NCBI GenBank assembly: GCA_965197585.1
Contig: OZ240215.1
Location: forward strand, 1,120,001 to 1,184,000
Reading direction: 5' to 3'
Length of the DNA: 64,000 nucleotides
DNA from: Dehalococcoidia bacterium
GTDB lineage: Bacteria; Chloroflexota; Dehalococcoidia; Plut-88900
Positions 1 to 8,438 of the stretch are shown in pieces. How positions within the stretch are numbered: the stretch's first letter is position 1; each line of letters begins with the position of its first letter. The notes under the pieces were generated by a model. The model saw nothing but the letters and a program-made list of their open reading frames with translations, made no database searches and was not told where the DNA came from. The translations under genes were made by a program, and so were the position numbers.

Positions 1-108
1 GAACCCTCACCCCCTTGCTCCCCCTCTCCCTTAGGGCCTTTAAGGGAGAGGGGGAGATATGAACAGGGGCAGACGCATGTGCGTGGCACATGCGTCTGCC
101 CCTAGTTC
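1..108. repeat. Two-hairpin intergenic repeat (CCCTCTCCC..GGGAGAGGG palindrome plus a second long hairpin)
   Basis: ccccctctcccttagggcctttaagggagaggggg, then aggggcagacgcatgtgc-gtg-gcacatgcgtctgcccct; an inverted second copy lies at 54985-55087. Confidence 0.75.
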
Positions 109-155
109 AGTACTGAGGGGAGGGGTGGATTGACTGGTGTCGGGGGTGGGGGAGT

Positions 156-184
156 TTGACACCGAGAGCGTGAATAACTATAAT
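156..184 (+). promoter_or_regulatory. Consensus sigma70-type promoter of the rpmH operon
   Basis: TTGACA (156-161), 17-nt spacer, TATAAT (179-184), 26 nt before the rpmH ATG. Confidence 0.85.
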
Positions 185-210
185 CGGCATTCCTAAACGA
201 GTCTGAAAAC

Positions 211-348
211 ATGCCTAAAAGAACCTATCAACCAAAGAGGTTGCCCCGAAAGAGGAAGCACGGGTTCCGTGCCCGAATGAGTACCCGAGGCGGACGTGAC
301 GTTATACACCGCCGAAGGGCCAAGGGCAGGACCAGTCTGAACGTTTAG
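211..348 (+). CDS. rpmH: 50S ribosomal protein L34
   Basis: Manual translation [45 protein letters not shown]; below the ORF-track size cutoff. Confidence 0.97.
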   Translation: MPKRTYQPKRLPRKRKHGFRARMSTRGGRDVIHRRRAKGRTSLNV

Positions 349-385
349 GGCTTACAATTTCGAACACTAAAGAAAGGGGAGCCCG

Positions 386-748
386 CTGCTGAAGGGTACG
401 GCCAGGGATCGAAGGCTCAAAAAGAGCCGCGACTTTGATCGGGTCCTCAGGAGGGGCAAGCGCAGGGCAAACGGGTTTCTGGTACTCGGCGCCATTCCCA
501 ACGGTCTTGAAGTCAGCAGGTTCGGCTTCTCGGTTGGAAAGAGAGTCGGCAACGCTGTCCGGCGGAACCTCGTAAAGCGTAGACTGCGGAACATCATGAC
601 TGAGCTGTGCGGCCAGGACGGATGGGACCTCGTAGTCATCGCCAGGAAGACCGCCTCAGAGGCCGGATACCGTGACCTTAAGATGGCTTTAACCGGTCTG
701 TTGCGATCGAGCGGCCTGCTCGGTAAACGTAACGCCAGCGCAGTTTAA
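386..748 (+). CDS. rnpA: Ribonuclease P protein component (probable CTG start)
   Basis: Manual translation contains RLKKSRDF, RFGFSVGKRVGNAVRRNLVKRRLR and DLVVIARK; lies between rpmH and yidD; in-frame TAA at 368-370 and SD-like aaggggag before CTG. Confidence 0.93.
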   Translation: MLKGTARDRRLKKSRDFDRVLRRGKRRANGFLVLGAIPNGLEVSRFGFSVGKRVGNAVRRNLVKRRLRNIMTELCGQDGWDLVVIARKTASEAGYRDLKMALTGLLRSSGLLGKRNASAV

Positions 749-750
749 GC

Positions 751-972
751 ATGGTCCCTAAACGGCTTGTCCTGGCCCTGATCGGCTTTTATCGCCAGTT
801 TGTATCTCCTTACTATGGCCCCGGCCCCACCTGCCGCTATCTCCCAACTTGCTCTGAATACGGCCAGGACGCGGTCGAAAGATACGGAGCCCTCAAAGGC
901 GGCTGGTTGACTATCCGGCGGATCGGCCGGTGCCATCCACTATCAGCAGGCGGGTACGACCCAGTACCTTGA
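751..972 (+). CDS. yidD: Membrane protein insertion efficiency factor YidD
   Basis: CRYLPTCSEY..A..RYGALKGGWL..RRIGRCHP..GGYDPVP motif; synteny. Confidence 0.95.
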   Translation: MVPKRLVLALIGFYRQFVSPYYGPGPTCRYLPTCSEYGQDAVERYGALKGGWLTIRRIGRCHPLSAGGYDPVP

Positions 973-1031
973 AAGGCCATCACGTAATTCCCGGCAATAA
1001 CCGCCTCCCTCAAGAGGCGTCTGTCCGCGAT

Positions 1032-2339
1032 ATGATTTCTCGGGTATCACCGACGCCCGCCTTGGCGTCGGATGAGGTTCCCGTCTCTCGCATCCGGTCG
1101 CGAAAAGTGACCGGCAAACTTCTGCTGATCCTTCTATTGGTTGGGCTGCTTGCTACTCTTGCCTGCAGCCGAGCCGGTCTGGGCATCAACTTCGAGGGCT
1201 GGGGTGGCCCGACCTCCATCGGCAACTCTGTTTACATACCCACAAAGAAGGACGCCGACCAGGCCAGCATTCGGGTTATCGATGCGGTCTCCGGAGCTGT
1301 TAACGGCATGTTCACGGCGACCGGTGAGTCCACGTCCATTTACGGCGCACCCGTCCAGGGACCCGGAGCTGATGGTCAAACTACCTTCGTCACGGTAATC
1401 TACACCGCCGACGGTCAGAGCTACGGCAGGGTCTTCGCCATTGGGCCGGACGGCTTCGACAGCCCCGTGTGGCAGTTTCCCGAGGTCGGGATGGACTCCG
1501 TTGGCTCCATATTTGGCGGTGTGGCCTACTCACAAGCCACCAACACCGTCTACTTTGGCGCCGACGATGGCATGTTGTATGCCCTGGACGCGGGCACCGG
1601 AGAGCCGAAGCTTGGCACCGGAGGCGTTTTCTTCCCCGCCGAGGCTCCTATCTGGTCGACACCTATGGTCGAGAACGGCGTGGTCTATTTCGGGACCATG
1701 GACGGCATCCTGTACGGCGTCGGCGAGACCGGTGGCAAGATTCTTGAGTTCAAGGCCGGGGGGGCCATTACCGCAACCCCGATAGTCGAGGAAGGAATTG
1801 CTTACGTCGGCTCCTTTGACAAGAACTTCTACGCCGTGCCCGTCAACGGAGGCCTGAACGCCACGCCCCGCTGGATATACTCTACCAACGGCTGGATCTG
1901 GGCCGACGCCCTCTTCGCCGCCGATGCAAGAGGACAAGACTTTATCTTCGTATCTTCACTTGACGGCAGCGTGCAGGCCGTCAACGCTGCCTCCGGTTCC
2001 CCCCTCTGGCCCAATCCTTTCATCGCCTCCGAGGGCATCCGCGGCACACCGGCACTGGTTAGCAAGACGGGTGGCGGCAGCCAGTTCTCCAGTCTCGCCG
2101 ACAAGGTATTGGTAGTCGGGTCCAGGGATGGCATGCTATATGGCCTGGACCCGCAGACCGGGGCTCCTGCATGGGAGCAGCCCTTCAACACCCGGGCCCT
2201 GGGCGACGGTGACGGCCAAATCCTTGCGCCTGTCGCCTCCCGAGGCAACGCAGCCTTTGTGGTCACGTCGAAATACGATATATTCGCAGTTGACGCGAAT
2301 ACCGGACAGGCATTGCCGGGCTTCACGTCTCTACAGTAG
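1032..2339 (+). CDS. PQQ-like (BamB-like) beta-propeller repeat lipoprotein; start uncertain
   Basis: Repeated VYFG..DG.LYALD..TG...W blades; hydrophobic N-region with lipobox-like LATLAC. Confidence 0.8.
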   Translation: MISRVSPTPALASDEVPVSRIRSRKVTGKLLLILLLVGLLATLACSRAGLGINFEGWGGPTSIGNSVYIPTKKDADQASIRVIDAVSGAVNGMFTATGESTSIYGAPVQGPGADGQTTFVTVIYTADGQSYGRVFAIGPDGFDSPVWQFPEVGMDSVGSIFGGVAYSQATNTVYFGADDGMLYALDAGTGEPKLGTGGVFFPAEAPIWSTPMVENGVVYFGTMDGILYGVGETGGKILEFKAGGAITATPIVEEGIAYVGSFDKNFYAVPVNGGLNATPRWIYSTNGWIWADALFAADARGQDFIFVSSLDGSVQAVNAASGSPLWPNPFIASEGIRGTPALVSKTGGGSQFSSLADKVLVVGSRDGMLYGLDPQTGAPAWEQPFNTRALGDGDGQILAPVASRGNAAFVVTSKYDIFAVDANTGQALPGFTSLQ

Positions 2340-2375
2340 ACACCGACGCAGGAAAAACAGGTCTAAAGAGCAAGC

Positions 2376-3293
2376 ATGGGCATAATAATAGACATCTGGG
2401 ACGCGCTCCTACTCCAGCCTATGCTGAACGCGCTGATCTTCCTGTATGGCGTCCTTGCTAGCAATTTCGGGCTGAGCATCATTGCCTTCACCATCGCGGT
2501 TCGCATAGCCATGTACCCGCTGACCCGCAAGCAGCTGAACGCCTCCCGAGCCATGTCTGGCCTCCAGCCGAAGATCCAGGAGATCCGGCAGAAATACGGC
2601 AAGGACTCCCAGAAGGTCACCCAGGAGACCATGAAGCTGTACAAGGAGGAGGGGGTGAACCCCATTGGGTGTTTGGGCCCGATGTTCGTGCAGCTTCCCA
2701 TATGGATTGGCCTCTATCAATCGATCATACAGGCCATGCCCCGGAACCCCGAGCGCCTTGTCGATCTCTCTCAGAAGCTGTACTCCTGGCTCCCCGGCGT
2801 CCACACCGCCATACCCCTCAACAAGGGCTTCCTCTGGTTCGACCTCTCGGAGCCCGACCCCACCAAGGTCATGCTTCCCTTACTCGTTGGCGGCTCGATG
2901 TGGGTGCAGCAGAAGATGATGGCCACCGTGTCCACGGACCCGAAACAGATGCAGATGAACCGGATGATGCAGTGGATGATGCCCGTGATGTTCGGCATGA
3001 TCACCATCGGATTCCCCAGCGGCCTGGCCTTATACTGGGTCGTGTCCAACACCATAGGTATCGCCTTGCAATACCGGGCCGCGGGGTGGGGTAACCTTTT
3101 CCCCTCAGCCGACATCGCTTCTCAGCCGGCTGACGCCCGTTCTGCTAAGGCCGCCGATAGCTCAAAGGAGATGGTAGTCCATGGAGAGCCTGGAAGTGTC
3201 GGCAAAGACAGTGGAGGAAGCGATCGACCTGGCCCTGAAACAACTCGAGGCAGATCGAGAAGAGGTCGACGTCGTCGTCGTAACAGAGGGTAG
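2376..3293 (+). CDS. yidC: Membrane protein insertase YidC/Oxa1
   Basis: LQPKIQEIRQKY, LYKEEGVNPIGCLGP..VQLPIW, FLWFDLSEPDP, FPSGLALYWVVSN motifs. Confidence 0.96.
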   Translation: MGIIIDIWDALLLQPMLNALIFLYGVLASNFGLSIIAFTIAVRIAMYPLTRKQLNASRAMSGLQPKIQEIRQKYGKDSQKVTQETMKLYKEEGVNPIGCLGPMFVQLPIWIGLYQSIIQAMPRNPERLVDLSQKLYSWLPGVHTAIPLNKGFLWFDLSEPDPTKVMLPLLVGGSMWVQQKMMATVSTDPKQMQMNRMMQWMMPVMFGMITIGFPSGLALYWVVSNTIGIALQYRAAGWGNLFPSADIASQPADARSAKAADSSKEMVVHGEPGSVGKDSGGSDRPGPETTRGRSRRGRRRRRNRG

Positions 3294-3840
3294 AGCGGGC
3301 ATTCTCGGAATCGGCAGCGAGCCCGCAAGGGTAAAGGTTACTCCCAGGGATAAGACCCCCGAGGCAGTCACCCTCGCCAAAGAGGTCCTTGAGGATATAT
3401 TCGACAGGCTGGATGTCGACGCCGAGGTCCGTCTGAGGACCAACAGCCTTTCCGGCAAGGACCTCTCCCTGGACATTCTCGGAGACGACTCGGGACTGCT
3501 CATAGGCCGGGGCGGCGTCACCCTGGACTCCCTCCAGTTCATGGTGAACTTCGTCGTCAGCCGCAGGCTCAACGAATGGTCCCCCGTCAACATAGACGTG
3601 GAGGGCTACCGCCAGCGAAGGTACACGTACCTGGAGACCCTTGCCGAAAGGCTCGCCAAGAGGGTTCGCAACACCGGCAAACCCTTTACCCTTGACCCGA
3701 TGCCTGCCAACGAACGCCGCATAATCCACCTGGCCCTCGCCAATAACTCCCAGGTCACCACCGAAAGCACTGGTAGCGGCAACGAACGTCGGTTGTCCAT
3801 CCGGCCCGCGCCCGGCTCCCGGCGTCCCTCCCGTAACTGA
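3181..3840 (+). CDS. jag: Jag/EloR/KhpB RNA-binding protein (Jag_N, KH, R3H)
   Basis: AKTVEEAI, GLLIGRGG.TLDSLQ, PMPANERRIIH, TESTG.G.ERR; follows yidC. Confidence 0.95.
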   Translation: MESLEVSAKTVEEAIDLALKQLEADREEVDVVVVTEGRAGILGIGSEPARVKVTPRDKTPEAVTLAKEVLEDIFDRLDVDAEVRLRTNSLSGKDLSLDILGDDSGLLIGRGGVTLDSLQFMVNFVVSRRLNEWSPVNIDVEGYRQRRYTYLETLAERLAKRVRNTGKPFTLDPMPANERRIIHLALANNSQVTTESTGSGNERRLSIRPAPGSRRPSRN

Positions 3841-3894
3841 TCCCGCTGTGCGGGACTGAATAGTGAGGGAAAGTTTAGAGGGAGGAGGCTGAAT

Positions 3895-4206
3895 ATGACT
3901 CTAACCCCGAGCGAAAAAGAAAGACTGATAGACGAATCTTTAGAGATAATTGAGGAATTGGGTGGGGTGAAGAGTATCCGCGAGGGCCTCGCCGAAATGG
4001 ACACTGCTTGGCGGCGTATGGACCGCGAGAGTGAAACCTTGCTCAAGCTATACCCCGATAAATGGGTGGCGATGAGTAAGGATGGCGTTGTGGAAGTGGG
4101 CGACTCACTGGAGGGCGTTTTCAGCAAAGTAGACGCCTTGGGCTTACCCCGGAATTCCATCAATGTTAAATTCATCGCTACGCACCCTCGTACGTTGATC
4201 CTGTGA
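3895..4206 (+). CDS. DUF5678-like small protein
   Basis: LLKLYPDKWVAMSKDGVVEVGDSL pattern; GTGA overlap with the next gene. Confidence 0.65.
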   Translation: MTLTPSEKERLIDESLEIIEELGGVKSIREGLAEMDTAWRRMDRESETLLKLYPDKWVAMSKDGVVEVGDSLEGVFSKVDALGLPRNSINVKFIATHPRTLIL

Positions 4207-4628
4207 CACTGGGTGGGTTTGACGGTGACGGATGGCCTTATATAAAGGGCTTTCTGGTCCTTCCTCGCCTGGGGATTTATGGCAATGTCCAATTTCTACT
4301 GGATACTGGGGCCGAATCAACGTGCATTCATCCGGTCGACTCCCTGAAGCTAGAAATACCCTTTGGTAGACTTCTTTCCCCAAGTATGTCCTACGGCGTT
4401 GGGGGGAGTTCCCTTTATCATAAAGAACCAGCCGTTCTTTCCTTTCTAGACGATGTGGTAATGCAGTCCTATAGAATTCGCCTATACATTGCCGATCCCA
4501 CCACCACAAATGCTGTGTTTCCTTCTCTGTTAGGCCGGGACGTATTGAATCGTTGGCGTGTAGAGTACGATCCAACAAAATTGAGTCTCGAATGCATAGT
4601 GCGTAGCGCCGACCGAACTGTAGACTGA
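4203..4628 (+). CDS. Retropepsin-like (clan AA) aspartic protease
   Basis: FLLDTGAEST catalytic motif, GVGG flap, SLLGRDVL motif. Confidence 0.85.
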   Translation: MTLGGFDGDGWPYIKGFLVLPRLGIYGNVQFLLDTGAESTCIHPVDSLKLEIPFGRLLSPSMSYGVGGSSLYHKEPAVLSFLDDVVMQSYRIRLYIADPTTTNAVFPSLLGRDVLNRWRVEYDPTKLSLECIVRSADRTVD

Positions 4629-4660
4629 ACAACCCCGGCTATTAACGCGGAGATTGCGCA

Positions 4661-5161
4661 ATGGATTGTCCTACTTGCGGGGCACGGAATGATGACAGGT
4701 ACAGGTTCTGCGGGACCTGTGGTAAGAAATTACAAGAGCGAACATCCATACGCGGCAACCGTGACCCGATAGACCGGGAACCTCCTCCCGAAACTGGTCC
4801 CGCATATAACCCATATAGAGGCCCTGGACCTATAGAACAGGAACCCCCTCCCGACCCCGCCCCCGGATATGGTTCCTACCGCGCCCCGGGCACACCTCCC
4901 CCTCAGATACCGAACTACCTGGTTCCAGCCATCCTGGTCACTCTCTTCTGCTGCGTTCCTTTCGGCATAATTGCCATCGTCTATGCTGCTCAAGTGAATG
5001 GCAAAGTCGCCTTGGGCGACATAGAAGGAGCATTGCGAACATCCCGAAACGCAAAGAAATGGGCATGGCTTTCGTTTGGCACGGGACTATTGATAACTGT
5101 AGGGTGGATAATCTACATAGGGGTTGGCCTTGCCGGCTCAGACTTGGGTGGGCTTGAGTAA
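4661..5161 (+). CDS. Zinc-ribbon plus CD225/dispanin family membrane protein
   Basis: CPTCG..RFCGTCG ribbon; PNYLVPAILVTLFCCVPFGIIAIVYAAQV CD225 motif. Confidence 0.88.
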   Translation: MDCPTCGARNDDRYRFCGTCGKKLQERTSIRGNRDPIDREPPPETGPAYNPYRGPGPIEQEPPPDPAPGYGSYRAPGTPPPQIPNYLVPAILVTLFCCVPFGIIAIVYAAQVNGKVALGDIEGALRTSRNAKKWAWLSFGTGLLITVGWIIYIGVGLAGSDLGGLE

Positions 5162-5251
5162 ATCATGCGACTAACGGAGCACACTCACACATCAGATGCG
5201 CAAACCAAGACCTTCGCCCTAGTCCCTTGGACCTGATTTGGAGGAAATCGG

Positions 5252-5674
5252 ATGCACTGCCCAACCTGTGGTGCTAGGAACGATGACGACGCCCGGTTCT
5301 GTGTCAACTGCGGCCAAAAACTGGAAGCTGAGGAATCGCTCCCCGGTGGCAGTCCTCCCTATCAACGATTCGGAGGTTCCACCTATGAACCTTTCGGGGA
5401 TTCCGACAGCCACCCACAGCACATTCCCAACTACCTAATACCGTCAATCCTGGTAACCATCTTCTGCTGCCTGCCTTTGGGCATAGTGGCCATCATCTTT
5501 GCAGCCCAAGTAAACGGAAAAGTCGCCGCCGGCGACATCGCAGGGGCGCAGTCGTCATCCCGTACGGCTAGAGCCTTGGTAATAGTTTCCGTCATCGTGG
5601 GGGCGGTAGTAATCGGCATAGCACTGCTGGCAGGACTCTTGGGAGAGCCTCCTGCCGAGTTGATCAATGAATGA
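5252..5674 (+). CDS. Zinc-ribbon plus CD225/dispanin family membrane protein (tandem paralog)
   Basis: CPTCG..RFCVNCG; PNYLIPSILVTIFCCLPLGIVAIIFAAQV. Confidence 0.88.
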   Translation: MHCPTCGARNDDDARFCVNCGQKLEAEESLPGGSPPYQRFGGSTYEPFGDSDSHPQHIPNYLIPSILVTIFCCLPLGIVAIIFAAQVNGKVAAGDIAGAQSSSRTARALVIVSVIVGAVVIGIALLAGLLGEPPAELINE

Positions 5675-5677
5675 ACC

Positions 5678-6130
5678 TTGGTGTTGAGCACGCAAACTAA
5701 AGAATTCCTACAGCTGATTGGCGGGCACGGACTCTCCGAGAGAGCCATCTATTTAGCCGCAGGCCTCTTGGCCCTTGGCGCGGCCGCGATGCTTTACGTC
5801 CTTGACCCCCGTGAGCCGGGCAACTACCCCGTCTGTCCCTTCCTGGGCCTGACCGGCTACCACTGCCCCGGTTGCGGCAGCCTGCGGGCCATACACCAGC
5901 TTCTCCACGGCAGCCCTCTGAACGCACTCGGGTACAACCCGCTCACGATTCTTTCGCTGCCCTTCCTTGCGTATGCCTTCGTTGCAGGTGGGTTGAGAGC
6001 CTTCCGGGCCCCGGCGCCCGCGCCCATCTTTATCCACCCCAGGTTTATATGGGCCATGCTCTTCGGCATAGTGGCCTTCTGGGTCCTGCGAAACATCCCT
6101 ATCCAGCCCCTCTCCATCCTCGCTCCCTAG
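5678..6130 (+). CDS. DUF2752 family membrane protein
   Basis: CPFLGLTGYHCPGCGSLRAIHQLLHG...YNPL and FWVLRNIP motifs. Confidence 0.88.
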   Translation: MVLSTQTKEFLQLIGGHGLSERAIYLAAGLLALGAAAMLYVLDPREPGNYPVCPFLGLTGYHCPGCGSLRAIHQLLHGSPLNALGYNPLTILSLPFLAYAFVAGGLRAFRAPAPAPIFIHPRFIWAMLFGIVAFWVLRNIPIQPLSILAP

Positions 6131-6162
6131 TCCCGCTCACATAGAGGGGTGACATCACCCCC

Positions 6163-6191
6163 TTGACTTAATAAGACACATGTTCTATTAT
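6163..6191 (+). promoter_or_regulatory. Putative sigma70 promoter with no obvious downstream CDS
   Basis: TTGACT-17-TATTAT; aaggagg at about 6221 is not followed by a start codon. Confidence 0.45.
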
Positions 6192-6429
6192 TGGGCTGGT
6201 CTAGACCCGACACCCACCTTAAGGAGGAACCAAAAGCCCAGGGGAAGCCCACCCGACCCACCCGAGGACTCAACGCCCAAGCCCATCCCAACGGCCCATA
6301 CACGGGGCCCGCGGCACAAGCGAAAGTCGCCATCTCCTCTTCCCACGGGTCCCGTGCCCCCTTCCCTGATCCCCAGGCGATGGAAGAAGCCCTGGCTTTC
6401 TACTCCCACCCCTCTCCCGCCATCCCCCC

Positions 6430-6457
6430 GTCATTCCGGCCCCCGAGCCGGAATCCA
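6430..6457. repeat. REP-like palindrome (gtcattccg..ggaatc family)
   Basis: gtcattccggcccccgagccggaatcca; related copies at 21741-21768 and 54848-54875. Confidence 0.6.
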
Positions 6458-7055
6458 GGGGCAGGGTACGCAGAGAGATTACAACAAGGGTGACAGGAGC
6501 TGTACTCGCGGACCGTAAGACCCCCATAGAGAACCGTCTCGAAGTTCGGACCGCATTGCAAGAGTTAGCGCGCTACGGCGAGGGGGTGCCGGAGGATTTG
6601 CTCCATATCGCTCCGGCAAACTAGGACATCATTAGTTAGGCTTGTGGGGCCACAGCTGGATCCCTGGCCCACGAGATGCCCATAGTGGCATACAGCCCAA
6701 AAATGGAACCTCTCACGGACGTCCTGCCCTGGAAGTGTCCGTGCATATAATCGAGCAAAGGGCACGGCCGGCTGTAAGTCCCTCCCTCTCAGGCGGGGCC
6801 TGCTCTCCAGGTCCCCCGACAGCCGGAACACCCGCAAAGAGAGATGCAAAGCCAATTAGAGGGCAAGAGGGCCTCTTCCATCGTCAACCCAAAACCCAAC
6901 AGACAGAACGAAAACCCAAACCCCACAACTGAATAGAAACCCGGCGTGTCACTAACCTGCCGAACGAGTGCACTCCCTAGTCCTTCCATCTGCCTAACAG
7001 GTAAACTTAAGCTCTCCGACCCGCTCCCCGACTTTCCAACAACAGGAGTCCACCG

Positions 7056-8438
7056 ATGCCCAATGCAACCGTCAAGATCGAAAACGTCCGCTTCATCCTC
7101 ACCCTGGACCCGGAAAGAAGGATCATCCGGGACGGGTCGATTGTCGTTGAAGGATCGAGGATTGCCCAGGTAGGCAAGGCCGCCGACCTCAAGGACATCT
7201 CCGCAGACAGGGTGATCGACGGCTCTGAGATGGTGGCGACACCCGGCTTTATCAACGGTCACCTCCATATCTCCTACGCCCACGCCACCCGAGGCATATT
7301 CCCCGACTCCCTGGAACCGGTCGACTATTTGGGCAACGTCTTCCGCCTCGCCCTCCAGATGCGTCCCGAGGAGGAGTACAACACCTCCCTCCTCGCCCTC
7401 ACCGAGGCCCTCAAGTATGGCACGACCACCGTCGTAGACCCTGGCACCACCCGCTATCCCGACTCCTGCATCAAGGCCTACGAAGAGTCCGGGGCAAGGG
7501 TCATCATCGGGGCGTCGGTGACCGATCTTCCCAACGCGATCAACGTACCTCTAGTTAGCCTGCAGGATGCAGAGCAGCTGATGGAGAGCACGGTCAAGCA
7601 GTTCGATGGCGCTCTGGACGGCCGAGTTCGCGCCTGGACAATGCCCGCCGACGTTAGCTCCTCGTCCAAGGAACTGCTTCAGGCCGCCAAGCGCATAGCC
7701 GACGAAAACGGCACCCGGATGACCATCCACTGCGTTAATTCACCCCAGGCGGTGGATGCCTTTCTTAGCAACTACGGTAGACGACCCATCGAGTGGCTGG
7801 AGGACATTGGCGTCCTTGGCCCCAACCTCCTGCTTGCCCACGTAGTCGGCCTCAACGACTCGGAGGTCGACTGTGTGGCCAGGACAGACACCAAGATGGT
7901 AATGTGCCCGACGGCCGCGGTGAAAATGGGCGCAGGCACCTCCTCCAAGGGCCGCTTGCCTGAGATGATCGAAAGCGGCGTCACCGTCGGTCTCGGCACC
8001 GACTCTGCGAACAACTCCTGTGTCGCCGAGGTTTTGCGGTCGATGTACCTCGCCGCGGTCCTTTACAAGGATGGCCGGGGCTCGACCAGCATGGTCCCTG
8101 CGGAAAAAGCCCTGGAAATGGCCACAATCGACGGGGCCCGGGCCCTGGGGCTCGAGTCGGACATCGGCTCCATCGAGGCCGGTAAGAAGGCCGACATCGT
8201 CCTCTTCGACACCCGCCGCCCCGAGTGGCGCACCCTGTTCAACCCCGTCAACAGCCTGGTATACAATGCCGATGGCAGGAGCGTTCACACGGTCCTCGTC
8301 GACGGCAGGATAGTGGTAGAGGACCAGAAGCCAACCTACGTGGACGAGTGGGAGTTGATCCAGAAGGTCCAGGCCATAGGCTCGGACATGCTCTCCCGCA
8401 CCGACACGCACTTCCCGCAGTCCTGGCCCATTGTCTAA
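7056..8438 (+). CDS. Amidohydrolase family protein (MtaD/AtzA-like deaminase or chlorohydrolase fold)
   Basis: PGFINGHLH, GTTTVVD, LLAH, GLGTD, GSIEAGKKADIV motifs. Confidence 0.9.
   Translation: MPNATVKIENVRFILTLDPERRIIRDGSIVVEGSRIAQVGKAADLKDISADRVIDGSEMVATPGFINGHLHISYAHATRGIFPDSLEPVDYLGNVFRLALQMRPEEEYNTSLLALTEALKYGTTTVVDPGTTRYPDSCIKAYEESGARVIIGASVTDLPNAINVPLVSLQDAEQLMESTVKQFDGALDGRVRAWTMPADVSSSSKELLQAAKRIADENGTRMTIHCVNSPQAVDAFLSNYGRRPIEWLEDIGVLGPNLLLAHVVGLNDSEVDCVARTDTKMVMCPTAAVKMGAGTSSKGRLPEMIESGVTVGLGTDSANNSCVAEVLRSMYLAAVLYKDGRGSTSMVPAEKALEMATIDGARALGLESDIGSIEAGKKADIVLFDTRRPEWRTLFNPVNSLVYNADGRSVHTVLVDGRIVVEDQKPTYVDEWELIQKVQAIGSDMLSRTDTHFPQSWPIV

Noticed and set aside
1-210. oriC/DnaA boxes upstream of rpmH
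   Set aside because: No TTATCCACA-like boxes or AT-rich unwinding element seen; dnaA is not in the window
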